A stretch of 64,000 bases of DNA from Macrostomum lignano (Eukaryota): contig NIVC01001765.1 in NCBI GenBank assembly GCA_002269645.1, forward strand, positions 15,121-79,120, written 5' to 3'. Below, in pieces: positions 1-14,900 of this stretch. Below the pieces are notes generated by a model. It saw only the letters and a list, made by a program, of their open reading frames with translations. It was not told the origin of the DNA and searched no databases. A program made the position numbers and the translations under genes. Positions within the stretch are counted from its first letter, which is position 1; every line of letters starts with the position of its first letter.

Positions 1-222
1 TCGCTTCTCTGATAGGTGCACAGGTTAGATCTAGTGGATCGCTTGGTCACTCGAGTCGTATTGTACAGCTCCTCGAGGATGTCGGTCTCAGCGAATTGAA
101 AATTGTCTTGCATTGACAATGGTGAACTGACAAAGTTGAGGTCATCTCCACCGATGTCAAACAGACTTTCTGTCGCATTGAAGCCATGACAGCCGCTGTG
201 GGAAGCATTTTCGATGGCGTGC

Positions 223-715
<493 letters not shown>

Positions 716-1544
716 TGTAAACTAATTAAGCGTACCGGTATTGGTTGAAGTGAAGTATACTAAGAACGAAAAATATCTGGATTCAAAAATCACTTCAACT
801 TATCAAGCCTCACCCGATCAGAAAGGCGACTAGAACCACTTGAGTCGTTAACATGACATTTGGCAATCGATAGTCCCGGTAACTAAAATGAGACTAATAA
901 TTAATGTTTATAATAGTATTTAAACAGTATTGCCAAATTTTGAGCTATAACTTTCCGAACTTCTTTGAGAACTTTATTTCTCTAAAGCTAAAAAATGTTG
1001 GCTCCTGCTTTTGAGCTTTGGCTTAGTCAAACTGATAACGTTATCGGTTGAACATACGCTCGTAAAAAATACAAAACTGGGCCTTTGCGTGCTCCTGTAT
1101 CCCTAGCCTATGGCTTAAGAGTGTTGATTAAAACAAGTTATGATGTTCCAAGCCAGTTATTGCGATAAAGAATTACACTGCTCAGGCGCTAAAAAGGATG
1201 CGTAATAAAAAATTGTTTAAATATTTCAGCTGCATAGAAATTGGCGTCCCAACAAGGGTCTAAGCAGTGCCAAGATTGATCTAGATGGTGCATGGTAAGA
1301 TAGGCGAAAATTGCACAATGATTGTTTAAAAAGCGACAGGATCGACACAAAGCGACATCATGGCTGACTAGATCACGGTCAGGGTGAATACTTTTTAATG
1401 TCCAGCAGTATATACGTTAATAGATATGTAGATAGGTATTTGTTGTTGGATATATACTATCAATATCCTCGCTTTATACGTTAAGATCTTATCGGTTGCT
1501 AAATGAATTCTGTCATTTTTTGCATCAATCATGTCGCTTTTTAA

Positions 1545-2705
1545 GACGTTCTCTGACTGTTTTTACCCTGGCTGCCTCTCTGGTAGCTTGTCTAAGGGTT
1601 GTGCGCAATCCGATTGGCCTGGCTTCGGCTAGCCCAATTTCTAAGGGTCCGCCCTGGAGGGGCTGTGCCCATTCTAAAAATAAACCTTTTTCATTCCAAT
1701 TATTTCGGCCCTCGGCCTGGGTTTAGGGGGGGGTGTACCTGGCGTGAGTGTGTACTCTGGACTGCAGTGTAGCTAGAACGGGACTTGAGCCCCCCGGTCG
1801 CACCCGCCCTGCAGGAAAGAAGAACCATTCACAAAGGTGTACGGTAGAGCCCAGTAGCATGTCAGCCCTGAGGCTGAGCCCCGGGTAGCAGGCTTGGGAA
1901 ACCTGCGGGTTGGGTTCAGGTGCTCCTCCCATTGTTTTTATTGTTTTTATTCCCTTTAATGTACGCACTGGCAGTGCCTGCCACTAAAACCGGCTTAGTG
2001 CCACTCTAACAAACCTGGAGTTTTGAGCGCTGCCCTCCCTGCCCGGTTTATCTTGCTCCGACCTTGGTCCATCTGCTGGCTCCTCTGGCTGTCTCCCTGC
2101 CCTTGTGTCTTGGCTCTCATCCTGACAGTGGACTGGAGTTCTGGGGAATGAGTTCGTCCCGAATCGAGGATACCGGCTGAGTCCGGGTCCTCTTGCGCCT
2201 TGTGCCCCTTTCCCGACCCCTTGGCCTTCCAATCTAAAGCTGGATAGGTGATACCCTTGTGGCTTGCAGCCCTATAGGAGGGTTTTTGTTCTTTTACCTC
2301 TTGATAGGAGACTCGCCCTTGGAAACAAGCCTTCCAGCCAAACTCCTAAGTCCCAAACCATTGCTTTTCCGTAGACTTCTGGAGTTTCCCCGCTCTCGGA
2401 CCGCTCTTAGTAGCAATCTAAGCTTTTTCAAACATTTTTCGCGCGCACTCCCGAGGACTTGTCTGCTGGGGGGTGGTCTGGGTGGACTCGGTCCTAGCAC
2501 CGTCCCTGATTCCACTGTTGGGTTGGCGGTGCCTTAGTCCATAGGCTTGGGTTAGTAGTGGTTCACACCCAGCCCTAGCCAAGACGTTAGGGTCTAACCA
2601 AGTCTAGTGGGTATCTCGGGCTTAGGCCCCTGGAAGTGCCCATCAGCGGCAGAGCCCCTCCCAGGGCTGATCCGCGGGTAGCAACAGCTCCCACCCCGTT
2701 TAACA
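1545..2705 (-). mobile_element. GC-rich segment present only in the left arm; possibly a decayed 5' part (UTR/ORF1) of a non-LTR retrotransposon
   Basis: Absent from the right arm; GC-rich with short low-complexity G/P/R/S ORFs on the minus strand broken by stops; no recognisable catalytic motif. Confidence 0.3.
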
Positions 2706-2709
2706 GCAA

Positions 2710-4892
2710 CAAGCCTTGACACCTCAGCAGTTCCGCTGAATCCTGACATCTCAGCAATCCCCCGTAAGCCTTGGCATCTTAACAGTTCTTCCCAAGAGTC
2801 ACAGCATTACAGCAATCCTAGCAGTTACCAATTAATCGGTGATTTTCAAAGCGACGCTTCTTTTATTTTGATCTGACGCTCCTGTTTCTTATTCATTTTG
2901 TTGATTTCTTTTAAAAAGCTTTAAATAAAAACAGATTATACAACTAAGATTCGAATCCCGGTCGCTGTATTAACAGTTCAGTCCGTTCACTTCCAGGCAA
3001 GCTCTCATCTAGTTGATGGCATGGGCTGTGAAACTTATAATTCGACACTCACACCAAATCGGTTAAAGTTTAAAGTCATGCAAAGCAGTTATAATGTAAT
3101 CGATTTCTCAGTCAATCAGTATCAGTCTCACATAAAAGTTAACAATATGGTTACGCAATCTCAATCAAGTGTTTTAACTAGATGATAACTCATTTGGGCT
3201 AATTAAGATAATACTTACCAAATTGGGAAAACACATGGTTGACTGGTACAAAATTTGTCTATTTGGGATATTCAATGATCGATTTTATTGTATCATGTAT
3301 TTTCACAAAAATACGCACAACTAGCAGACTGGAAGACCTAAAAGTAAGTTCTAAAAAATTAATGAATTTTCAGCCGATCCCACTTATTGGTCGCAGCTGT
3401 AAGGAAGGCTAGAGCAATGGAGACTTTGAATACAGCTTGCAGCAAAGTAGGAGACCAGAGACTTTTCAGAGACTTGAAACACTGGAACAGTTTGGATAGC
3501 TTGTGAGAGATTAAGAGAGATTAGAAGAGACTGGGAAAGATCTGAAGAACCGTGGAGAAATTGGGAGAGACCGGGGAACAGGAGAGACTGGGAGAGATAG
3601 GAATATTTTTAAATTGATCAGTAAAAATAAATATATTGAAGCAATAGGACCTTGCTTTGATATGTGCAAGTCTTTATTCATTCGTACATTTTCCTATCCA
3701 GTTGTCAATTGATTAACGAATGGATTTTTAAATGAATTAAGATTAAATTAGAATAAAGTATAAACTTGTTCACAGGGGCGTCGCCACCGGAGGGGGGACA
3801 AGGAGGACATGTCCCCCCCCTCAGTAAAAGCTATGGGGACATGACAATGCTTTGTCCTCCTCCATCCCACCTTGTGACCTGTTGTGGAGAGAAATAATTA
3901 TGTTTCAGGGCGCTTAAATATAGCACATATAATGAGCTAAAATGAGTGCCTGTGGCGCTAAAATGAGTGCCTGCAGCGCTAAAATGAGTGCCTGCGGAGC
4001 AAAAATAAGTGCCGGGGCGCCAAAATGAGTGCCTGTGGCGCTAAAATGAGTGCCTGCGGAGCAAAAATAAGTGCCGGGGCGCCAAAATGAGTGCCTGTGG
4101 CGCTAAAATGAGCGCTGGCAACACCGATTCTCAAAATATTGTACATGGAGGAATTTAGTCATGTCATGTACATGTAAAATTCTTTGCTTTGTCTCTCCAC
4201 CGTAAAATCCATGGCGACGCTCCTGTTTGTTGATATCGATAGCATAGCCCTGGTCGACAATTGATGGCCCCATGTTTGAAATTCCGGCGGTTTGCATCGT
4301 CAGCAAAGTAGCTCGTAGTTTATGGCATTCTGACACCCTGCCGTTGGCTCTGACTAAAAAGAACAGTCAACCACAACAGGCTTTATTAACGTCAGTGTAC
4401 TGGCTGAATGTGACTCTAAATTGAATTGGGTCACTGTGGAAAACATTTGATTGAGATTGCGTAACCATATTGTTAACTTTTATGTGACACTGATATTGAT
4501 TGACTCAGAAATCGATTACATCATAACTGCTTTGCATGACTTTAAACTTTAACCGATTTGGTGTGAGTGTCGAATTATAAGTTCCACAGTCCATGTCATC
4601 AACTAGATGTTAATACAGCGACCGGGTTCGAATCTTAGTTGTAAAATCAGTTCTTATTTAAAGCTTTTTTAAAATAAAAATCAACAAAATGAATAAGAAA
4701 CAGAAGCGTCAGATTAAAATAAAAGAAGCGTCGCTTTGAATATTACCGATTCATTAGTAACTGCTAAGATGTCGATTCTCGGGGGATTGCTGTAATGCTT
4801 TGACTCTTGGGGAGAACTGTTAAGATGCCAAGGCTTACGGGGGATTGCTGAGATGTCAGGACTCAGCGGAACTGTTGAGGTGTCAAGGCTTA
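2710..4892. repeat. Local inverted repeat pair of ~460 bp (2710-3172 and 4445-4892)
   Basis: ttcaaagcgacgcttcttttattttgatctgacgct at ~2845 vs agcgtcagattaaaataaaagaagcgtcgctttgaa at ~4705. The right arm keeps only one copy (about 29445-29890). Contains ~19-bp sub-repeats and a degenerate tRNA-like stretch. Confidence 0.85.
3773..4225. mobile_element. hAT-like MITE with a short internal 21-bp array (about 8 units)
   Basis: TIRs caggggcgtcgcca / tggcgacgctcctg; 8-bp flanks cttgttca / tttgttga (6 of 8 match, degenerate TSD); no ORF. Confidence 0.7.
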
Positions 4893-5959
4893 CGTCGATG
4901 ATGGCTGCGATGTACAGGCTAATGGGGGAATGGGGAGATTGATGAGATGCCAAGACTGAAAGGTCAGAAGCTACATGTAGTTTAGTCAATAATTTTTATT
5001 TCATCCCTTGTAAGCTTCTTAACGGTGGGCGCTGATTTCTGGTACTGAATCTCTAATTGCAACATTGAAAAGTCGTCACTCTATGCGCCAGTGAGAACTT
5101 TCTGTTGGACTATTCTGAAATAAAAGATGCGAGAAAACTGATCGGGGTAGCTTTAATCCGTCCAACCCTCGCACACCGCTCCCCTCACTTCATTCCTCAA
5201 CTCAAGTCTGCCGCAGTGTAGCTAAGTTGCGTCACTCACAAAGATTGAGAGACTTTACCTGCACTCTCAAAAGTGGCGACCACAGATGGAATCTTCTGTG
5301 ATGGCAACTTTTCGATGTTGCTGAGTATATGTCTGTCCGTGTGCAATGCTCCACAGACTGATAGCCTCAACCAATTTAACCGCGTTTTGACTAAGAAATT
5401 CAAATCAGTCCAAGATTTTTTTAGTCGTTTCTGTCTTCCGTTGAGAGATTTTCAAGGCGGTAAACACAATACCCGCGTTATTCGATAGGCAGTTTTAAGA
5501 ATGCGGTACATTTGAAAGTTTCAATTGATTATTTTTTAAATCAGCAAAGGGGTTTATTTTGGGTACGTGAACCTCGACTTTATCTTCGCTCCTCAGGCGC
5601 TCATTCTTTAACTTTAATCAGCTAATAGATTCCTACGGGTTAAATTACAAGTTTCGATCAGCCACTTGACCATGCAATTTTTCAGATAAGCAATTCAAAG
5701 TATTCTTTCATCCATGGAAGTGACAATCAAAATGCGGGCGTAAAGGTCTGTGCTTCATCCCACAACGGTCTTTTGAGCCTTGTTTGCTTTTGTTCGAAGC
5801 TTTCTAAAAAAATTAATTGTTTTCATGTGTGCACCCACGGCTTTGTTCATTTAAATTCGAAGTTACAAGTGTTAAACGTAAAAATCGACTTGTTTACAAA
5901 GAATCAAAAGTGCACCGAAAAGTCAACGTCAAATGTCAAATTGGCGTGTCCAGAGTCAG

Positions 5960-8900
5960 CTAAACCAGCACCTCCCGGTAGACGGACGAAGCCAGGCCGG
6001 CCTCGCTGATGGCCGAAAGCCTGACGAACAGCCTCTGCTTGCTCGGGTCGATGGCCTTCAGCAGCAGACTCGGCTCGCGGGTCTCCAGCCAGCGCTGAAG
6101 GTCGCCAGCTGCCGGCTTGGTCTCGACCGTCACTTCGAACAGCAGCGAGCTGTCGGAGCGGAACATCCCGGACCAGTCCAGCAGCAGCTGGCGCTTAGCG
6201 GGGTCGAAGCTGACTTGCCACTGCCTGCCTGTGGTGCGGTTTGCGGGTTTAGGTTTGTGCTTGCATTTGGGTTTGTGGTTGCATTTGGGTTTGTGGTTGC
6301 ATTTGGGTTTGTGGCTGCATTCGGGTTTGTAGTTGCATTTGGGTTTGTGGTTGCATTTGGGTTTGTGGTTGCATTTGGGTTTGTGGTTGCATTTGGGTTT
6401 GTGGCTGCATTCGGGTTTGTAGTTGCATTTGGGTTTGTGGTTGCATTTGGGTTTGTGGTTGCATTTGGGTTTGTGGTTGCATTTGGGTTTGTGGCTGCAT
6501 TCGGGTTTGTGGTTGCATTTGGGTTTGTGGTTGCATTTGGGTTTGCGGTTGCATTTGGGTTTGTGGTTGCATTTGGGTTTGTGGTTGCACTCGGGTCGAA
6601 CTCGGAATTGAAAACAAGTCACAATGTCCACTCTTACCAGTCAGCGCTGGAAACTGCGAGTCCACCGAGAACTCGCGCTCAACAATGCTGCTCAGCTTCC
6701 CCAGAGCGTTCACGGCTCGCACCTCAGCTCGGTAGCGCTGCCCGCTCGCTAGCGACAGACCGTGCAAAGCTGCCGCCTGAACGAAGGCGCCCTTCACCCG
6801 AGTCCAGTCCGGCACTACGGCGTTTCGAGTCACTTCTCTCAGTCGAATATCGTAGTCTCGAATCGGAATTCGATCGGTGAAGCCGCTCCAGCTCAGCTGC
6901 AGGTCTGTGGCGTTACCGAGCACGGAATTCGTTTGACCGAATGGCGTGACAGAGGTGCTGAGCAGTCGCAGCTTCGCGTGTGCCGCATCGGGAGCTCCGT
7001 TGTAGATGAGCACGCCTGCTGATATGCTGAAATGGTATTCGAGTTTTAAGCATGTCATCCTGCTGCGATGCACCTCTGAACCGACTGTGACTCACCCTGT
7101 AGACACCAGTCCGACTCCGTTCGAGCACCTCACCAAGCTGAACACTCGCTGGCCGAGAAGCTTCTCGGGCTCGTTGATGAGCCGTGTTGCTGACAGCTGG
7201 CCCTGTGCCAGCTTCACATACTCCGCTACGTCGCAGGTTACTGCAGAAGTTCCCGAGCACCAGAAGCACTCGCTCAGTCCCGACTCCGGATCCTCGACTC
7301 CGAATCGAACGGACAGCTCGCGCGCATTTTCCTGCAGATCGGTGTGGCCAGCGCTTGAGCTTCCGTCATGCACAAAGTCAAAGGCCGGCGGAGTCAAGTC
7401 GATCAGGTCGGGTTGCGAGTGGAAGAGTCGCGGAATTCCGGCACCGTTGATAGCCAGCACCGACACGTAGACATTGATTCCGTGAGTGAGCCTCACATCC
7501 GCCTTTGCCTCGTTGGCCGGTCCGAGCTGAGTAAACGGCAGAAGCTGCGTCCCACCACGAACTGTTCCGATGACCCATAGAACTTCGCTGATGCCACTCT
7601 CGGAATCAGAGACGTCCCAACTGGCGTGCACAGTGCCGCTGTCTCTGACGCTCACCGAGTCCACATGAACGGGTGCAGCAGTTGAGTTGTAGTCAGCAAT
7701 TCCCACGTTGAGCACGGATACTGAGACCATGTCGATGGCTGACGATTGATATTGAACTTTTTGTGAAGAGGCAAAACTAAAGCATAAGCAAAACAAATGA
7801 AACAAATGACTAACGAGAGGAAACTCACCCAGACCGGTGTGAGGTGACAGGGACTCAATGGAAACGGTTGATTCCGCTGACTCGGCAGTAAAGTAGAATA
7901 TCTGCTTGTACCACTCTACACCGGAGCTCACTCCGCCTAGATCGGTGAACAACCGGAACGTCTGCAGCATTCCCGGACCCGAGACGAGACCGCCGACCGT
8001 AACTGATAGCGGGTCAGAGACGGGAAGATGAGACGCAAACAGTTGCATCCGATATCGACGTCCAGCTTCGGTTGTCAAAGTCTGCGATACCCGACCGAAC
8101 AGCAGCAGCACAGATTCTCCGTCCACGGCCATGGAATGTCCAATGCGGACTGCGATCGCTCGACCATCTTGCAAAGTCCAGCGTGGCGAAACAGACTCGA
8201 GTCCAGCTAGAACTATGTGGCTGAGTGGCGCTGAGCTCGGAGGTCGGAGCGCTCCTTCTTCGAAGCTCGGGTTACCGACATTAATCGACCGGTGTCCAAT
8301 TCGGTTTGCCGCAATAGCCGGTGTCGTGTCGATAGTCACTCCAGGAGAAGTGATTGACTCTGAGCTGCGATTTGCCGCGTCGACCGCCTTTGCACGGCAG
8401 AAATAGGTGCTTCCATGATGCCAAGGTCCTTTCCAAGTAGCTCTCTGCTCGAACTTAACATTCTTCCAGTCGGCGATGTCGCATTTGCTGGCATCATTGC
8501 TGGAAGTAATGCAAGCAGAGTACGACTTGATGTAGGATTCTCGATCAAAGAAGCTGTGCCAACTGCATGAAAGAGTCGTTTGGTCGCTTGAGTACTTTGA
8601 GTTGCTGTGACCTGTGAGAAATTGTTTATCTTGATTGAACTTGTTTAGGATGATACTATAAATAGTTAGATAAATAATTTGGGTTGACATAGGCAACTTA
8701 CCAATACTATTAAACACCAATCCTGTAGACGGATTATCCAAGTCCAGTATGAACCCATCAGATGATACCGAAACAGAGAGTCCGTTCTCATCGAGAGCGG
8801 TCACGGTAGAAAAGTACCGTTGACCTGGCTCAAGTTGCAGCCCATTGAATGTATAGGTGATGTTTCCAGGTGGTATGACGACGTTTGCAACATCGTCCAT

Positions 8901-11900
8901 TCCGATCTCACTGCCAATAGACACGCGGAATGTCAGCGGCGGTGCTTCGTTTAGACTCGTGAACTTATTTCGCCACCCTACAGTCAGACTGTCATTACTG
9001 GTTATGAAATCGGTATCCCGTCGACTATCTGGTGACAACAGGTCCTTGACGCCGACACCGTAGTGTCGATTCACTCGCGGAAAGGTCGGGTTGACCAGTA
9101 CACCGTCCGAGCTGAACACGACGTACGTGTTGTGATCAAACCAAGCCCGAACAAACACCTTGTATGATCTAAATACATTGAGGCGACGCCCAGCTGTGAT
9201 ATTCAATGCCAAGAACGTCCTTAGACCGACGTCATGCCATACACGCTCGTGAACAGCGTCGTAGATACCCTTCGGCTCACTGTACTCAGCCAGACCTGCA
9301 CTCACTTCATAACGAACAGGTGGTCGTCCCATTGCTCGACGGACTCGCCAAGTCGCTGCCAACAGAGACCTAGTCGGAGTTGTTTCTGCATCAGTTTGAG
9401 ATTCTCCTCGAGGACCGAAGGCGGACACATCTAGAACCTCTACTTCGTTGTCGACGTTATCCACTACATCGACGGCTCGACACTCAGTTCCTCGGCAGGT
9501 CTGATGCTGCGGAGCGCACGAGCAGTGCCCGTAGCAAGTAGCTGCGCCAGCACACCGACGAAGGAGCCACAAGTGACCACTTTCCAGCACGGACAATGCC
9601 GCTTGAACTGGTTGACTGTGGAGACCGGCCTGAATCAGTAAATTACACACTTTCAAGTTTAAATAGTAGCTTCACAGTAAATATCCAACTGACTATTACC
9701 TTGTTGACTGCAACAATGTGCACAATCAAGGACGTGCCCTCAGTTAGACTTCTCTTCAGTTCAAAGCTGGCCATCTGAATTGGACCTTCGTGAGGATTTA
9801 GCGGTAGACCAACTCCTTCGTCACTGTGCGGAACCTCTGTGACCTAAATAACAAAAACAGGCAATGCAGTTTTGTGATAACTATTTCGCGGTAACTTTAA
9901 AATTCTTTGTGGTTCACAACCTACCGACAAAAGCTCCGATCCGAACCATGTTGTGCCCATCTGAATGGTGTAGCGATTGATTCCCGAGTGAGGATCGTGG
10001 AATCCCACCCAGCTGATGTTGACTTCGTTTCCGTCCCAAGTGAGGCCATCCTCGATGTGTCTGCCCAGCTGCACGGCCGACTCTGTCTCGGCGGCTACGT
10101 GTCTGTGATCGGAGGCGAAGTGTCCACAGCCACTGAGGCCGTCTGACGAGTGCATGCGTCCGCCAGGTTGCACGACACGAGGTGAACAGTGTAGTTGGCT
10201 CCGTCTTTCAGATCGAGATCGCCGAATGTAAAGTTGCTCAGCAGACCAGGAATCTGCGATGTCAACAAGAGGTGCGCAGCATTAGTTTACGTCTAAAAAT
10301 TGAATAAATCAGCTGCAAAACTAGGTCAGATACCTTTACGGGCTCGAACGTCACTCGTCCGTTATCATGGTTAGACAGAGAGATCCAGTGTTCTTTGATG
10401 CCGCTCTCCTTGTCAAAGACGCTCCACTCTACCACCATGATGTCGTCCAGGACGAGCCAGTTCGGCTCAATCTGACCGAAAGTCTCGCTTGCTGAGAGAG
10501 CAGTCTCGATCTCGGGAGGTGTGTCGTCAATCAGAAACTTGCTCGACTCAGTCAATGTCGTAAGACCTAAATGGTTGTAAAAATGTTATTCAAATCTTTA
10601 GCAAAGTTTAGCACGATCGACGCTATGATTGCGTCATGCCCGCCGCTCACCTGCTTTATTCACAGTTTCCACAAACACCTTTAGACGTATGCCCGTTGGC
10701 AAGCTTCCAGAGTGTCGCACAAACTTCCTTTCGAAAGTTTTGATCCAGGCTATAACATCCGGCGAGTCAGACTCTTCGCGACCGACTCCCCAACGGTGAT
10801 ATGCAATGTCGGACTCTGGATCGTTGAAACCGTATAGCGAAAACTCTAGCGATGAGCTACACATGTAAAAGTACAGCATGCATGTTTAGGCTATGAGTGG
10901 CTTTCAGCGTATCAAGTCATTATGATAAAATTGTTACTAAAAACACATTTACTCACCTTGATCGCAGGTACTGTTGGTTTGCGTCGCTTGAACCAATCAA
11001 GATGATTCCGTTCAACGGAGGTGTGGAATCCAAAATGACACCATCGGAAGACGCCACAGAACAGAGATCCCCCGCGTTGCAGCCTTTGACATTGACAAAG
11101 TACCTCTGTCCAGGTTGCAAACGCAGGTGGTCAATCTTTATACCTGAAGTAAGCAAAGTACGTCTGTATTCTTTGTTTAGAGTTAGTAATGAGCATAATT
11201 AGCTTCGTTTGACTTACTGTGTCGAACACCGACGTGAAGATACGGCATCACGTCTTGGCAACCTGGACATGATCCGATCGCCACCGAATAGTCCCTCACG
11301 TGACTGTGAGGATCATGGAAGTCGGTCCATTTTGCTGAGATGCCGTCCATATTGAACCGAAAGTTACAGTCGGTGCTGTTTGATACGGTCGGGTCGATAT
11401 CGATCACCGATCCAGCTACTGGTGGACTTCTGTCTACGAGCACTGGCTTCGAGTGGTCGCTCGATATAAGTCCGGCAAAGTTCTCAGCTCTCAGCAGCAC
11501 CCAGTAGTGCTGTCCGTCTCTGGAGTATGACAGCTGCTTGGTTGTCCACCAAACACACTCGCCATCTGATTCAGTGTACGGAATGACATCAGGACGACCG
11601 GGCGAAGATCCGAGACCGACCCAGTAGCGACGAATGCCCGCGACGGGGTCAGAGAATCTACCGTTCCAGCAACTTCTTGGCCATTGCTGTTCGAGATTAC
11701 ATGCCGCAGACCCACAGAGATAGCTGCTGAGTGATTGGACTTAGGACCGTGCAGCACCACTCGGATCGACCGGGGCTTTGACCGACTCTCGCGACCGATG
11801 AAGTCGACAGCTGGAGCATAAGGCACAAGTCAATAGAAGCTCAGTAGTTTATTTGCGAAATTCAATTCTTCACTTACCTCTCACCGAGACAAAGTAGACG

Positions 11901-14900
11901 TGACCTTCCTGAAGGACTCCCTTGAGCTGAGTAACAATCACACTGCGAGCACCGCCGACGTTTTTCCAATCGATTAGGTCACAACCGGAGGCGAATGATC
12001 CAATGCAGTATTCGTAGTACTTTATGTCAGTCACGTGCGGCATGTCCGTAGACGTTCCAGACTCGAATCCTGACCACTCGAGAAGAAACTCAGTCACAGA
12101 TGACTGCAAACAATGAATGAATTCATTAAAACATCTACTTTGTAAAACTTACTGCAAAATCGACATTCAACTTACCAGCATCTGATTGGCAAATCGTCCA
12201 TTCACTGCGATCCTGCCTTCGGTTGCTACATCTCCAAGCACAGTGACGCCATCGCTGCACTCGCTCAACTCAGGCAACAGCTGAGTGAACTTCTCAAATT
12301 GCAGCAAAGTTTCGTTAGCGTGAATGCACACGTGATACCGAGTCCCTGGTTGAAGCTGAACTCCGGGAACGTTTACGAACTCATCCCGAGTAAAGCCGCC
12401 TGCGATCGCATTCGCGTGACTCGTCGGCCGTTTTGGCGGCTCAAGCAGAATTCGGTCATAGTAACCGGAGCCTCCGGTCCCACTGGCTGCTAGAACAGCC
12501 CATTCGTAGTTCTGTAAGGATTATATCCTATTTTGGTAACCATGCATGTATGCTTTTAAAAAGCTTGTTTCTTATGGCGGCCTGTTCTCTCACCAAATAT
12601 CTCAGCTGGGGCCACACCGCTGCAAGTCGAGCGCTCGAGTTTGAGTAGTCCACGTCATCGACCATCCATTGGTCATTCTTCTCAAGCTTCACTGGCCCGA
12701 TCGCGTCCATCACGTTCGGATTACTTATCAGCTTCGGGTCGTACGCGCTGCAGTCTCTCAGCTCTCTACTGTCTACAGTCGACAGGCCTGCCTTGTTGAA
12801 GCAGCGAATCGCAAAACGGATGCATTTCGTCGATTTCAGAGGCCACGGTAGAGATACAGATTTAGTCTAAAGTTATAAATAGTCAAATTAGGAGGTAGCT
12901 ACATACCAGCATTGTTTCATTGTTTCAAGTGAAGCAGCCACCTACCGAGTTACTCGAATCAAGTTTCAATTCCGTCCATTGTACGATGTTGGCACCATCG
13001 TGTTGCAATGACCACTGGTATCCGCTGATAACACTGCTTCCTGCTGATCCTAGCTGCTTGAACTCGTCCATCTGCACTGTGATCTGAAAACAAAAGAAAA
13101 TATTCTTGTTTAGACGCAATAAATGCATTTGTAACAGAGTATGTTGTTCAGCATACTGTCTGGTTGTCAGCTTCAAGATTGACACTCCACGCTCCAGCCA
13201 CTGGGGAAGTGTGCAGGACCACAAAGTCTGGAGCAGTCTCGACCTCTGAGCAAACTTCACCATGACAGAGCTTCATTCTCGATCGGTAAGTGGCCCCATC
13301 GATGAGGTGCAAATTCGTGACGAGGACCGTCTCGCCCGAGTGCGAGACGCGTCTAAACTCTTCCACTGTGATCCAATCTAAAGCGAGTGGGTCAACACGG
13401 GAAGCAACTCAGTCTACTTGCAGATAAACAAGGAGAAATGATTTTTCTACCGTACCGTCTCCTCGCTTCAACTCGAGACCCCAACTGACGTCGTGAAACA
13501 GCAGATCGAGGGGTGATTTCGGCTTTGTCCACTTCAAACCAACCGTGGACAAAGAGCTTTGGAAATTATCCGTCAGCGACCCATCATTGTCGGGTCTCCA
13601 GTTCACAGGTCTCAATTCGAGGAGGGGCTCTCGAGACTCGACAGTAACACCGCTTGACTCTGCAGAGACGCTTCCGACCACATTCGATGCTGTTACTCGA
13701 GTAAAGTAGGTCTGAAGCGTAATCAAACAGAAGAGACATAATTTGAATGAATGAAACCATTTCGAGTCTGAATCGAACGACTGTGTATAAGCTTGCCTTG
13801 AATACATCCAACTTGAGTCCGTCAAACTGATGTCGAGTTGCATTTGAAGGGAGGGTCACAGATGCGAGCTCCTTGTGCTGAGAATCCACAACCGAAACAT
13901 GGAACTCGTTTGCGAATTTGAATCCGGTCCATCGCGACCTTAGCGAGTCCGATCGCAGCTGATACTGAATGTCGTGTGGTGTCTAAAATTGAGAATGTCA
14001 GTGTTTTCTTCGTGTACTCAGAATTCACGCTAAAAATACACAACTGGTATCTTTTAGGCTATCAAAGTACCACTTTACCCCGAGCATTGAGTCCGAGTCG
14101 ATACTCGGATCCTCGTCAGTAACGAAACCGACACTGGGAAGTCGGTTGTTATGTACAATTGGCTCAGCGAATGCAACAGTTCTTAGCTGAGCTTCATTGG
14201 TGCATCGATCGATGGACACGTAGTATGTGTGATCGCCGATTAAACTCCAGTCAAGCTGGCTCAGCTCCAGAGATGCGCAAGTCACTGGCGTGTGACTGTG
14301 ACTGCACTCAGGTCCTTGCTTGACCCTCTCGAAATGAACAATGTCTGTAGAGTGCTCCTTGCTGCCTATAAAATTAAACCATGAGAACTAAGCGATGCAT
14401 TGCCTTAATCTCCAGTATGAGATAACAGATTGACAGACACTAACCGACTCCGATCTCAAACTCGAGCGACTCGGACTCCGGATCTACGAAGTCGCCCGCA
14501 TCCCAACGGACTAACAAGTGCTCATTGTTGGTACTGACGGACAATGAGCCCGAGAAGCTCGGTGGACTGGTGTCTACAGTCAGTGGTCCGACACTCTAAA
14601 ATGATACGAACAAACATTCACCGTTTCATAGCAAGCAGTCTAGATAAGTTGCAGTGTAAATCTCACCATGTTTGACGACAGTCCCGCTCTGTTTACTGCC
14701 GCTATTGTCAAGTAGATCTGCTGACCATCTTTCAAATCAATGTGGTCGAGAATTTCGCTAGAGTGTGTCGTGACTACGCGATTGGCAAATCAGACACGGA
14801 GTCTCGTTGCTCATTACTGACACGATGGAGTGCCTCAGTCCGGAAACACTGTCGGAGGCAATCCAGCTTAGTTTCAGCTGAAATGCAGTGCCTGCTCTCT

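Noticed and set aside
2940-3015. tRNA-Asn gene on the minus strand (CTGTTAA loop, TTCGAAT)
   Set aside because: T-stem and acceptor stem do not pair, the A box is weak, and the sister copies (about 4600-4640, 29690-29730) lack the D-arm half; at most a decayed tRNA-derived repeat.
3420-3605. Purine-rich strand-asymmetric tract (gagact-like motifs; mirrored at 31710-31900)
   Set aside because: Low-complexity decayed repeat with no defined unit, ORF or termini.
5933-6880. Hydrophobic (VVAFGF)n antisense ORFs (also 56604-58374) as membrane proteins
   Set aside because: They are the reverse-strand reading of the intronic 18-bp repeat, with no independent coding signal.
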